A stretch of 63,961 nt of DNA, the filler included, from an uncultured bacterium (GTDB taxonomy: Bacteria > CAYJOG01), in the NCBI GenBank assembly GCA_964371695.1. It is 4 parts of 4 records of this genome, joined end to end, with 100 filler letters (N's around TTAATTAATTAA, not from the genome) between each part and the next. Parts side by side here need not be neighbours in the genome. Positions count along the whole stretch, not along the records: positions 32,476 to 48,343 come from CAYJOG010000015.1; positions 48,444 to 63,961 come from CAYJOG010000017.1; 2 more parts are not named here. One strand, given 5' to 3'. The notes beneath the pieces were generated by a model. It was not told the DNA's origin and searched no databases. It worked only from the letters and a program-made list of their open reading frames with translations. Of this stretch, positions 40,239 to 49,703 are shown piece by piece. Position numbers and translations under genes: made by a program. Positions within the stretch are counted from its first letter, which is position 1. Each line of letters starts with the position of its first letter.

Positions 40239-41119
40239 GCCTGTGGCCGCCCTTCCGCGCCCGGCGCGGGAGAAATTTTCACATCCCGGAGCAGTCCGCC
40301 ATAGCGGGTGAGCAACGCAAAAAAACGGTAGCGGTCGGCTGCGGGAATCTGGCCGGTCCAGTGGAGGGGTTCCTTTTCTTCAAGCCCCCACTCGTGAAAC
40401 GCTTTTTTCATGGTGTCCACGCCCGGCGTCACCCTCAACGACACGGCCATGGGGCTGACGGCGCCCGTCAGGCCGCCATCCACCGCCACGATGTCGTCCA
40501 TCACCAGTGTTCCCTGGTCCAGTTCCACCACCCGGTTGACCAGACCGGCGATTTCGTCCACCCGGTGCGAGGCCAGCAGCATGGTGGTGTGTCGGGGGGT
40601 CTCGCTGAGCTGGCGAAAAAACACCGCCCGCGATTTGGGGTCCAGGTTGGCCCCCGGTTCGTCCATGATCAGAATGGGCGGCTGCCGGGCAATGGCGGCG
40701 GCGATGAGCAGTTTTTGCTTCATGCCCCCCGAAAGCGCGCTGAAACGCCGTTGTTGCAGGCTTTGCAGGTCCAGACCAAGAGGCCCGGCAACGGCTTCGA
40801 TTTGTTGACGTGAGACCTGGCACACGCGCTCCATGGTGCGCAGATAATCCGCCACCCGCACCCGCAGGCCCGGCGGCAACTGGGGGACAAACCCGATTTG
40901 CCCAAGCACCTGGGGGCGGTGCCCGCGCGTGTTGAGGCCATTGACCGTGATGTCGCCGGTGAACTGGTACAACCCCAGCAGGCAGCGGATGAGCGTGGTT
41001 TTGCCAGAGCCGTTTTGCCCCACCAGGGCAATGCGATCGCCCGGGCGAATCGTCAGGTCCAGGCCCTTGAGGATTTCGTCTTTGCCAAAAAACTTTCTCA
41101 GCCCACGTACTTCAATCAT
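40235..41119 (-). CDS. nosF: ABC ATPase NosF
   Basis: GQNGSGKT, LSGGMKQK and MDEP motifs; ATGA-coupled to nosD and nosL. Confidence 0.9.
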   Translation of the reverse strand: MIEVRGLRKFFGKDEILKGLDLTIRPGDRIALVGQNGSGKTTLIRCLLGLYQFTGDITVNGLNTRGHRPQVLGQIGFVPQLPPGLRVRVADYLRTMERVCQVSRQQIEAVAGPLGLDLQSLQQRRFSALSGGMKQKLLIAAAIARQPPILIMDEPGANLDPKSRAVFFRQLSETPRHTTMLLASHRVDEIAGLVNRVVELDQGTLVMDDIVAVDGGLTGAVSPMAVSLRVTPGVDTMKKAFHEWGLEEKEPLHWTGQIPAADRYRFFALLTRYGGLLRDVKISPAPGAEGRPQA

Positions 41120-42435
41120 GCGCCGCGAGTCCTTTGCAGAGGCCGGGGAAGGGTGGGGGTGTCCAGCCGGGGGCTGGCGTCCTCCAGCAGCAGAAGCGGC
41201 TCGGTGATTGGCACAAGACGTTCTATCAGATTAATGAGCAACAACACCGGCGACCCCCTGAAAAACATCGCCGAAGGATGCACCCCAGTCAATAAATCTC
41301 CATATTTCCTGGGTGCGTGAGGGGTGTCGCCAAACTTGTCGTGGTTGCGGTCAAACCCTTCGTAACTGTCCCAGTAATTGCCATTCCACACGCCGGGCGA
41401 GGTGTGTCTGCTTTCGGTGTCCACGTCGGCAGTGTTGGATTTCAGCACGTTCTGCTCAAAAAAATTGCCCGGCCTGTCGTTGGCCAGCAAAATTCCGGTG
41501 GCGTTGAAAGCCACCGTGTTTTGTCTGATGCGGTTCACCGCCCCCGTGTGCCAGGGCGAGTTGTCCACCAGAATGCCCGTGTTGGAATCCAGAATGGTGT
41601 TGTGCCGCACAAAAACGCCAGAGGTTTCCTTCAGACCCAGGCCAATGCCAGAGGCCCCGGTGGACTGCCGAATGTCATTGTCCACCACCCGGATGTTCTG
41701 GCCGTACATGAGGAATATCCCCACCTGATTGTTCCTGAAAAAGTTGCGGCGCAGGGTGACGTTTTCGGAATACATGGAATGAACGCTGTAGCGGGAGCCT
41801 TGGCCGTGATTGTCTTCCAGCAGCACGTTGCGGGAATACCAAACCACGGCGTCTCTGGAACGCCGCCAGTGGTTGCCCCGCAGGGTCACGCCGTTGCTGG
41901 ACCACACCCGGATGGCGTCTCCGCGCAGGGTGATGTCCCGGAACATGCTCTGAACGGTGCAGTTTTTCACCAAAACGTTCTGGCTGTCGCCGATGTCAAT
42001 GCCAAACAGGGTGTTGTGTATGCGCAGGCCCTGCAGGACGACATCCCGCTGGCTTTGCACCGAGACACCGGCGTCCACGTCGGGATTGGACTGGCCCGAT
42101 CTGCGCACGGTCAGGTTGCGCAGCGTGACGCCGGGGGCCTTCACCCAAATCACGGTGCCCTTTCCGTTGCCTTCAATCACGACACCCTTTTCTCCCTGTA
42201 TGACCACCTGGGGCGCGAGGATTTCAATAGGCCCGTGATAAACCCCGGCCTTCAGCCGCAGGGTTTCTCCGGGCATCAGACGGGAAATCCGTTTCTGGAA
42301 AGGTCCGGTCTGAATGCGTACGCCCCAGCCGCCCGCCATGCCGCCGTCAGCCGCCAGAAGAGGGCACCTGCCCGCTAAAAGCAGGCAGGTGTAAATACCC
42401 GTCAATAAAGATTTATTCAGTCTTTTTTTCGCCAT
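41116..42435 (-). CDS. nosD: Nitrous oxide reductase maturation protein NosD
   Basis: Beta-helix repeats, RGDAIRVW, RYSVHSMYS, GNYWD.Y.GFD...D.FGD. Confidence 0.93.
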   Translation of the reverse strand: MAKKRLNKSLLTGIYTCLLLAGRCPLLAADGGMAGGWGVRIQTGPFQKRISRLMPGETLRLKAGVYHGPIEILAPQVVIQGEKGVVIEGNGKGTVIWVKAPGVTLRNLTVRRSGQSNPDVDAGVSVQSQRDVVLQGLRIHNTLFGIDIGDSQNVLVKNCTVQSMFRDITLRGDAIRVWSSNGVTLRGNHWRRSRDAVVWYSRNVLLEDNHGQGSRYSVHSMYSENVTLRRNFFRNNQVGIFLMYGQNIRVVDNDIRQSTGASGIGLGLKETSGVFVRHNTILDSNTGILVDNSPWHTGAVNRIRQNTVAFNATGILLANDRPGNFFEQNVLKSNTADVDTESRHTSPGVWNGNYWDSYEGFDRNHDKFGDTPHAPRKYGDLLTGVHPSAMFFRGSPVLLLINLIERLVPITEPLLLLEDASPRLDTPTLPRPLQRTRGA

Positions 42436-42492
42436 GAAAGGCTTTTTGAAAATGTTTTTTTGTGCATGGTATTCATTGGCAGACTTACCTGG

Positions 42493-44874
42493 CTACCAGG
42501 TCGCCAAGTAATCCACGATTTTCTCCGCTTCGGCCTTGGTCACGCCCTGCTTGGGCATCTTGATGCCGAACTTTTTGATCAGCGGGGTGATATAGGGGTC
42601 CTCGTAATATTTTTCCGGATCCATGATCCATTGGACCAGCCAGGCTTTTTCGCGCCGGGTGGTGAGGCCGACCAGGTTGGGGCCGCCGGCTTCCTTGCCT
42701 TTCTGGTGGCAGGCCATGCAGCCATATTTGTTGAACTCGGCCTCGCCGGGGGCTTTGGGGGCTTCCTCTTCGGCAAACTCCCACGCAGCCAGCCGGGCGG
42801 TGGCAGCCTGGGCTGCGGCGTGGTTCCTCAGGCGGCTTGTTTCAGCCAGACTGTCTGGCCGCACCGACAACAAACCAAGGCCCTTTGTGGCGAAGGGGCT
42901 GTCTGCCGGGCGGGTTTTGAGGGGAAACAGGCCAGACTGGCTGGCGGTGACCTTCACCGTGGCGGTTTCGCCCGGTGAAAACACATTCATGCCGTTTAAC
43001 CCGGAGACAAAAAAGGAAATGGCAGCGTTGGGGTCAGTCTCGGTGTTGGTCAGGTGAAACACCACTGTCTGGCCCTGCTTGGCGTTGACGCGCCTGGGGT
43101 TGATGCCCTGGCGGCTGAGGGTGCCAAACACCTCCACCGAAGAACCAGACTGCACCACGCGCTCCTTGCCCGCCTCGGTGGCGCTGGCCGACCGCGCCAT
43201 GGTGTAGGGGTCCGTTCCCGGTTCGTAGGTGTCTTGGGGTTTCAGGGTATTTACGTCAATGCACTGGGTGTAGTGAGGCTCGCCCATGGGCAGGGGCATG
43301 TCATAAAGCAACCGCATTTTTTCGCCCGAAACGGAAATGAGCTGATGGTTCTGGGGGTGCAGCGGCCCCACGTGCGAGAAACGGTCAATGGCCAGTTTGT
43401 TGAGCGCGATCACATAACGGCCTCGTGGGTCCGTGGAGTCGCCCTGCATGGAGACCAGATGGCCGATGTTGTAATGGACCGATTGTTTGCCGAGTATCTT
43501 GAGGGTTTCATAGTTCCATTGCACCACCATGGAATCAATGTAGACAGAGGTGTAGGCGATACCTTTTTTGGCGTCAAACTGAGTGTGCAGCGGCCCCAGA
43601 CCAAGCTGCACCTGACCGTGCAGGGCTTTTTTGTAATCCAGGATGGGCAGGCCGTAGGGGTCTGTTCCGGCAAAGTCCCTGGCTTTGATGAGGGCCTTGA
43701 TTTTGCGGATGTCGAAAATGCTGGCGTGGGTGTCCAGCTTGCCCGCCACCACGATGAACCGTCCGTCGGGGCTGACATCAGAGCCATGGGGTGACTTCGG
43801 CTCTGGCACCAGGAACATCAAACCCTCCTGAATCGCCACTTCCATGGGAATCACGTTGTGGCCGCGCACCTTGATGGCCTTGCCTTCGGCCACCACTTTT
43901 TCGGCCTTTTTCCAGTCGATGATGTGCATGTAGTCCATGTCGCGGGTGGAGCAGCCCGCCTCATAGGGGGGGCGTCCCTGTTTGCTGCCGCCCACGTAAC
44001 GCTCGGCGCAAAAGGAATTGGTGAACGAAAATCCGTAGCTCTCTTTTTTGCCCGCATCGCTGAGATCCTGCACATAGGGCGGCGCGATGAGGGTGAAGGA
44101 TGCCTCCCGATCAATGCGTCCCTTCTGACGGTCAAATTTGTGGTAGGTGATGCCGCCTCGGTAGTACTTGTTGAAATACCCCTGTTCCAAGGGTTTGTAG
44201 GAGTGATCCACCGTGGTGGGATATTGCGAGCCTTCAATGACATATTCGGTGTTGGGCGTGACAAACGCACCGCCGTGGTCGCTGCGGAAAATGGGGTTGT
44301 TCACGATTTGTTTGGTTTCCAGATCCCGCAGGTCCACCACAAAAATGCGGGGGTTGGCTTTGTCGTTGATGAAGGCGAACTGGCCGTCATATTTGCCGTC
44401 CGTCTCTGAAAACGCTGGATGGTGCGTGTCGCCCCAGTTTGTCTTGACGCCGTCAATGTCTCCCTCACGGGCAAGCTGGCGCGATTCTTCAGTGAAATGA
44501 AACCCTGCTGATGAATCCGGCGCAGAGGTGGGAATGTATTTGACAATGCGCATGGAGGGAACGAGATAGGCGATGAGGGATGCTGCCTGACCGCCCGAAT
44601 TGAGGCAGAGAAATTCTTCCTTGTCATTTTTGGGATAGGTGGAAAAAGCGGCAACCATGTCGTCGGTGGCAAGGTTGCGGGCTTTGGCCACGCTCAGGAG
44701 GTCTCCCTTGTGGCCGGTGGCTTCGAGGCCACCCTGGCCGCCTTTTTGGCAGCCGGAGCCAAAGGCGAGCAGCGCCGTGGCGCTCAGCAATAGTCCTATT
44801 TTCAGGCGGGTTTTGGCCGGGCGGCTTGGCCCCTGGCCAGACCGGTGAAACAAAAAACGGTTTGAGAGAATCAT
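42493..44874 (-). CDS. nosZ: NosZ paralogue B: intact CuZ propeller, CuA-less cupredoxin domain, C-terminal cytochrome c
   Basis: Lipobox FGSGC; DTHH, SDHGG, KSPHG, GPLH, NIGH and EPH (seven His); CuA motif absent; CMACH heme motif at 42706-42720; ATG 44874 overlaps the upstream TGA. Confidence 0.92.
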   Translation of the reverse strand: MILSNRFLFHRSGQGPSRPAKTRLKIGLLLSATALLAFGSGCQKGGQGGLEATGHKGDLLSVAKARNLATDDMVAAFSTYPKNDKEEFLCLNSGGQAASLIAYLVPSMRIVKYIPTSAPDSSAGFHFTEESRQLAREGDIDGVKTNWGDTHHPAFSETDGKYDGQFAFINDKANPRIFVVDLRDLETKQIVNNPIFRSDHGGAFVTPNTEYVIEGSQYPTTVDHSYKPLEQGYFNKYYRGGITYHKFDRQKGRIDREASFTLIAPPYVQDLSDAGKKESYGFSFTNSFCAERYVGGSKQGRPPYEAGCSTRDMDYMHIIDWKKAEKVVAEGKAIKVRGHNVIPMEVAIQEGLMFLVPEPKSPHGSDVSPDGRFIVVAGKLDTHASIFDIRKIKALIKARDFAGTDPYGLPILDYKKALHGQVQLGLGPLHTQFDAKKGIAYTSVYIDSMVVQWNYETLKILGKQSVHYNIGHLVSMQGDSTDPRGRYVIALNKLAIDRFSHVGPLHPQNHQLISVSGEKMRLLYDMPLPMGEPHYTQCIDVNTLKPQDTYEPGTDPYTMARSASATEAGKERVVQSGSSVEVFGTLSRQGINPRRVNAKQGQTVVFHLTNTETDPNAAISFFVSGLNGMNVFSPGETATVKVTASQSGLFPLKTRPADSPFATKGLGLLSVRPDSLAETSRLRNHAAAQAATARLAAWEFAEEEAPKAPGEAEFNKYGCMACHQKGKEAGGPNLVGLTTRREKAWLVQWIMDPEKYYEDPYITPLIKKFGIKMPKQGVTKAEAEKIVDYLATW

Positions 44875-47201
44875 TTGGAGGCTCCTTTTTCGCTCAGAAC
44901 CTTCTTGGCGCGAAGGCCGGCGTCTGCGGCTTTCACCTGATACTGGAACATCTGCTCGGCCCAAAGCTTGGCTTCAGACCATTTTTTGTCACGCACGGCG
45001 GCGTCCAGTTTGGGCCTCAGTTTTTCTATTTCCTCAAGTTGCTGCACCGCGTCGTTCACGAAATTGGCCGCACGGGGGTCGGACTGGTAATTGTTTTTCT
45101 TCAGCCACGCCACCACGGAATCGATCACCGCCTGGGTGTCTTTGATGACCTTCATTTTTTCATCAAAAATCTTTTTGGCTTCTTCAGGCGCCATCTCTTC
45201 GGTTTCAAATTTTTCCGCAGTCGCTTTCCAGTTTTTGGGTTTCACCAGCAGATAACCCATCATCTCAAGGTGCAGGGCCGAGCAAAACTCGGTGCAGTAA
45301 TAAGGGAACACGCCTTCGCGGCCTGCCTTGAAGGTGACCGAGGCCACCTTGCCCGGTTCCCAACTGCTATGCACGTTGTAGGCGCTCACCGTAAAGCCGT
45401 GGGTCTGGTCTTTGGCCTGCTCCAGGTTGGTCAGGTGAAAAGTCACCGTGTCGCCCACTTCCACCTCCACGATGTCCGGCACAATGTGGCTGCGGATCAC
45501 CGTGCCGAAGACATGCACCCGGTTGCCTTTTCTCTCCACCCGCTCGTTGCCCGGCATGGTGCGGTAAGGCGCGGTTTTTCCGATGCGGGGGTTGGTGCCG
45601 ATGGGGTAACTGTCCACCCCCTTGATCAGTTTCACGCTGAGTCCCACTCCGTTCAGGTTCGTGGCCTGGGGAACAGCGCCTTCATAAAGCCGCACCAGCT
45701 TGTCTTTCTGAATTTCAAACAGCAGCGGGTTCATGGGTTTTTGGGGCCCCACATTGGGCAGGTGCCCCGCGGGGCGGGTGTTCAGGACAATCAGATAACT
45801 GCTTTGCGCAGTGGCGGTTTCTTCCTGCGGAATCACCAGCCTGCCGCCGGGTTCCTCCAGGGTCACGGCTTCGGCCACTTGCCCGCTCTTCAGGTCCAGC
45901 CGCACCACCTTGCCGGGGTCACGCACCGAAACAAACGCCTGACCGTCGCCGGTGAAGGCGGTGTCCACCGTCGCGCCGCCCACTTTTACCTGCCGCAGCA
46001 CCTTTGCCCCTGCGGGTGCGGTGGGCACGCCGAAATCATCCTTTTCCGTGGCCAGTGCAGCGGCGAGTTTTTCCAGGTCCACCAGTGTCACCCTGTCGCC
46101 TGTTTCGTGGGTGATGACAGCCTGCTTGCCATCGGGCGACACCCGGATGCCAGAGGGGAGGGGAAGCGTCTCCAACTGAAAAAGCCCCCCTGCGGCCACC
46201 AACCCGGGCAGGTCTGCAAACGGGTGACCTTTAAACCGCTGGGTGGTTTTGGCCACAGCCGACTGAGCTTTGGCGAGGTCCACCACGTGCAGCACGCCGG
46301 GGGCGTCCGCCGGACAGTCTTCCAGTCCGGGATAGGCTCCCTTTTTCACGCGGCAGGCCGACACCGTGAGCACCAGATTTTTGGAGTTTTCCCTGCCGGT
46401 GGCGGTCTGGATTTGCAGATAGGGCGGCAATGCGGCGGTGAAGGAATTCTTTTTGTCAAATCGCCCGGCGTGGCCCTCTTCGGCGGCGTATTTCCAGAAG
46501 GTCAGGCCGCCCCTTAAACCGGCCGCCCCGCCCTGTTCCGGGTCGGCCCATTTAAGCCCCGGTATCTGGGGAATGTGCGTGGTCTGCACCACATAACGGG
46601 TGTCGGCGTCCACCGCCACGTCGTTGCCGGAGTTGGAAAAAACGGGGTTGGAGAGGATTTCCTTCACCTCGAAATCATCCAGGTGCATCACGGCAATCCT
46701 GCCGTTGGCCCCGTCGGCCACAAACAGGGCCTTGCCGTCATAACGGCCTGCGGTCTCTGACATCGCGGGCAGGCCGCTGTCGCCAAAGTCATAGGAAATC
46801 TCGTCTCTCGCGCTGGCCGCCAGCACAACCTTGCTCTCGTCGTCAAAGCCGAAGCCCTGCCACGGTTCGGGTGTGAAAAGACCCGAATATTTCAGAATGC
46901 GCATGGAGGGCAGCCCCACCATGGCCAGGCGGCCTGAACTGCCCGTGGTGAGCATCACCATGTGGGTGTCCAGCCCGCCGCTGGGCACAAAGGTTTTCAG
47001 GGCCGCCAGTTGTTCCTGCTCGTCCAGCCCCCTTTGCTCGGCGATTTCGAACAGTTCACCAGACAGGCCCATGGACCTTTCTTCCTTCTTCTTCAAGTCC
47101 CTTTTTTTGTCTGCCCTGAAGCATCCCGCGCCAAAAGCCAGCACCACAAGCAAGGTGGTGGCCAGGAGCGGGGTGCGAATGACTGGAAGTTTTGAATTCA
47201 T
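44871..47201 (-). CDS. nosZ: NosZ paralogue A: CuZ-less propeller, intact CuA domain, helical C-terminal extension
   Basis: Lipobox GAGC; NosZ-type PSMRILKY, PEPWQGFG and SET.G.YDG segments; THGF (His at 45399-45401) and CTEFCSALHLEM (45261-45296); no CuZ histidines. Confidence 0.9.
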   Translation of the reverse strand: MNSKLPVIRTPLLATTLLVVLAFGAGCFRADKKRDLKKKEERSMGLSGELFEIAEQRGLDEQEQLAALKTFVPSGGLDTHMVMLTTGSSGRLAMVGLPSMRILKYSGLFTPEPWQGFGFDDESKVVLAASARDEISYDFGDSGLPAMSETAGRYDGKALFVADGANGRIAVMHLDDFEVKEILSNPVFSNSGNDVAVDADTRYVVQTTHIPQIPGLKWADPEQGGAAGLRGGLTFWKYAAEEGHAGRFDKKNSFTAALPPYLQIQTATGRENSKNLVLTVSACRVKKGAYPGLEDCPADAPGVLHVVDLAKAQSAVAKTTQRFKGHPFADLPGLVAAGGLFQLETLPLPSGIRVSPDGKQAVITHETGDRVTLVDLEKLAAALATEKDDFGVPTAPAGAKVLRQVKVGGATVDTAFTGDGQAFVSVRDPGKVVRLDLKSGQVAEAVTLEEPGGRLVIPQEETATAQSSYLIVLNTRPAGHLPNVGPQKPMNPLLFEIQKDKLVRLYEGAVPQATNLNGVGLSVKLIKGVDSYPIGTNPRIGKTAPYRTMPGNERVERKGNRVHVFGTVIRSHIVPDIVEVEVGDTVTFHLTNLEQAKDQTHGFTVSAYNVHSSWEPGKVASVTFKAGREGVFPYYCTEFCSALHLEMMGYLLVKPKNWKATAEKFETEEMAPEEAKKIFDEKMKVIKDTQAVIDSVVAWLKKNNYQSDPRAANFVNDAVQQLEEIEKLRPKLDAAVRDKKWSEAKLWAEQMFQYQVKAADAGLRAKKVLSEKGASK

Positions 47202-47729
47202 GTCTCACGCCTCCTGAAGTGGAGCAGGTTTTCGCGAAGATGGACTCCTTCGACTGTCACCCCTCAGGACACATGCTATGACATGAACCACTGTTTTTAA
47301 TTTCAGAAGGATATTTTTAATCGTTTTTTTTCTCCAAAGGCTGACACCAGTCATAAATAAACCATGGGCAGTGAAAAACATTCTGCTTTTTGGGGCGGAT
47401 GCCGGGCTTTGCCCCCGGTGAGGGGCTTCATAAACCCCGTCAGGGCCGGGCTTTGTCTGGCTGTTGATGTTCACAAAGGTATTGGGCTGCATTCTGCCCA
47501 CCATGGTGCCGTTGACCTGTTAATCAGGATTGTTCATGCTCAGACAGGGCAAAGCGGGCTGCAAGAGACGCCACCGCCTCTTTTCGCGTATGGGGTTTTC
47601 CATCCGCCGCAAAACGCAACAGGGGCGACATCAGACTCTGAAAATCAGGAATGGCCATTGGAAGGGTGGGGGTGGAGCGATGGTAACCCGTTTCGAACCG
47701 GGTCTGAGGCCGAACGCTTCAAGAAAGGG

Positions 47730-48341
47730 TCATTTTGGACCCAGATGTTCGCCGCATAGCCAATAAGCTACGTGCCCCAGGCTATGGAATTTTTGGCAAC
47801 CCACCGGCAAGTGAAAGGGAGAATATCCCCGTGCGCCTTTTTTCAGCAGCGCCAGCAAATATGGTCCGTGCAGGGGTGGTTTGCGGCGCATCTGGCCATG
47901 AACACTGGCCGGGTGGTGGCAAAAATCCAGCCAATGGGTGGCAAAGGGGCTTTGGCCCGCCGGGGGCGGCTTCAGGCCGGTCCTGATTTCATAACACACC
48001 TTCCGGCTGGGCAACACCAGCGCATGTTGGGGATGGGTTTTCAACCAATTCACCAAAAAAGTCTGCGACGAGGGGTAAACCAGGGGCATGTTCATTCGGG
48101 CGATCACTGTGAAAATAAAAAAAACCATGGCCACCCCCCATAACCCAATTCCGTGCCAGCGGGATGGTACGCCCCCTGCCCTCACCCCAGCGAGCAATAC
48201 CAACGCCAAGGGCCACCAGGCCACTAAGTGGCGCTCGCCATAACCTCCCATTCCTTTCACCCAAAACCCCCCGACCCCCGCCACCATCGCCACCACCCCT
48301 GACAGGGCCAGTACGCGCATGTGTTTTTTGCCTGCCCCCAA
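47730..48341 (-). CDS. Hypothetical membrane protein, C-terminal fragment (5' end in gap)
   Basis: Open frame with hydrophobic segments running into low-quality sequence and the linker. Confidence 0.4.
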   Translation of the reverse strand: MGAGKKHMRVLALSGVVAMVAGVGGFWVKGMGGYGERHLVAWWPLALVLLAGVRAGGVPSRWHGIGLWGVAMVFFIFTVIARMNMPLVYPSSQTFLVNWLKTHPQHALVLPSRKVCYEIRTGLKPPPAGQSPFATHWLDFCHHPASVHGQMRRKPPLHGPYLLALLKKGARGYSPFHLPVGCQKFHSLGHVAYWLCGEHLGPK

Positions 48342-48443
48342 ACNNNNNNNNNNNNNNNNNNNNNNNNNNNNNNNNNNNNNNNNNNNNTTAATTAATTAAN
48401 NNNNNNNNNNNNNNNNNNNNNNNNNNNNNNNNNNNNNNNNNNN

Positions 48444-48792
48444 CGTTGATGGTGTTCACGTTGGGCATGGCCACATAACCCTGCTCGTTGGCGTCGGGGT
48501 GGCTGGGGTCATGCACCAGCCGGGGGGGGCTGGGGTCTTTCTCGATTTTGATCACCTTCACGCCTTCGCCCACGCCACGGGGCTGGGCCCCCGGTTCCAG
48601 CGGCAAAAACGGAAAACGCCGCTCGGTGTCGAGGCTGTGGGTGCTGAACACCGCCAGCAGGCGCTTGAAGGGGCCGCCCTCTGGCGTGCGGGTGGTGTTG
48701 ACGTTGGCGATGTTGGCCGCGATCAGGTCCATGTGCAGGCGCTGGGCGCTGAGGCCACTGCCCGCGATGTCCATGGCTGAAAAAATGCTCAC
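48444..48792 (-). CDS. flgC: Flagellar basal-body rod protein FlgC (truncated by linker)
   Basis: SGLSAQR..MD.IAANIAN.NTTR and DPSHPDA...GYV.MPNV motifs. Confidence 0.95.
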
Positions 48793-48863
48793 GTGGCCCC
48801 CTTTTGATTGTTTTTATTTTTCGGACTGCCTTTGGTGCGGCGCAGGCATCCCGCCTGCGTTTT

Positions 48864-49295
48864 TTACCTTGCCGTGGACTTGATGAGATCTTTCAGGCCG
48901 GTGAACCGGCGGCTGACAATTCGGGAATAAGCCAGATACTGCTGGGTGTTCTTGGCCTCTTCGGCCATTTCCAGGTCAATGTCCACGTTGTTGCCGTCGT
49001 TGCGCCAGGTGGTGTGACCTTCGCGATAAACCGTGGGCGAGACTTCGTTCCAGGGGGTGCGGGCGTTGATGGGAAAATGCCCCGGATGGGTGAAAAAACC
49101 GGGCAGGCGCTCGGCCTCGTCGGCCTCCAGCGCGTGGCGCAACTCGGTTTCAAAACTCACCCGCTTGCGTTTGTAATTGGGGGTGTTGACGTTGGCGATG
49201 TTGTCGGAAATCGCCGCCTGACGCAGGTGCGACGCATCCATGCCCTTGGTCAGGGCCGTCATCACCTTGCTGTCATAAAGTTTTTGAAGAATCAC
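48864..49295 (-). CDS. flgB: Flagellar basal-body rod protein FlgB
   Basis: RQAAISDNIANVNTPNYK and RNDGNNVDIDLEM motifs. Confidence 0.95.
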   Translation of the reverse strand: MILQKLYDSKVMTALTKGMDASHLRQAAISDNIANVNTPNYKRKRVSFETELRHALEADEAERLPGFFTHPGHFPINARTPWNEVSPTVYREGHTTWRNDGNNVDIDLEMAEEAKNTQQYLAYSRIVSRRFTGLKDLIKSTAR

Positions 49296-49301
49296 TCTTG
49301 G

Positions 49302-49703
49302 TCAGTACCTTCTGTCATGCAGACGCGGCATGGCGGGGCCTTTGGCCCCATAGGTTTTGTGTATCTTCTTGAGGCGGGAGAGAATTTCAAGCTTTTTGGT
49401 GGCGCCCTGTCGCCCGGTGTTAAGCAGAACTTGAACTTCTGACCAGTTCTGCTGTATCGCCAACGCGCGTTTGCTCATGGTGGGGGTGACACCCTGGGGG
49501 CCGGGCATGAGTCTAGGGTCGCCGCCCCCGGCTTTCAACAGTTTTTCCTGCCTTTGTATGAGTGTGTTCACCAATCCCCACTGGGCAGAACGGGCGGCTT
49601 CCAGCAGTTCGGTGCTCAGCGTATACAACTCCTCCAGTTCGTCTTCTCCCAGCACCACCGGACTGGCTGGGGGCTGCGGCGCGGATGGGGAGTGTTCAGC
49701 CAT
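49302..49703 (-). CDS. Small helical protein, possibly FliT-like
   Basis: LLEAARSAQW..V..LI..Q..LL pattern; upstream of flgB; start set at ATG 49703. Confidence 0.5.
   Translation of the reverse strand: MAEHSPSAPQPPASPVVLGEDELEELYTLSTELLEAARSAQWGLVNTLIQRQEKLLKAGGGDPRLMPGPQGVTPTMSKRALAIQQNWSEVQVLLNTGRQGATKKLEILSRLKKIHKTYGAKGPAMPRLHDRRY

Noticed and set aside
44871-47201. nosZ paralogue A as a simple pseudogene
   Set aside because: The frame is intact, the lipobox and CuA ligands are perfectly kept, and losses are concentrated on the CuZ ligands that the neighbour retains
47730-49295. Functional link between the nos cluster and the flagellar genes
   Set aside because: They are separated by an artificial linker at 48344-48443
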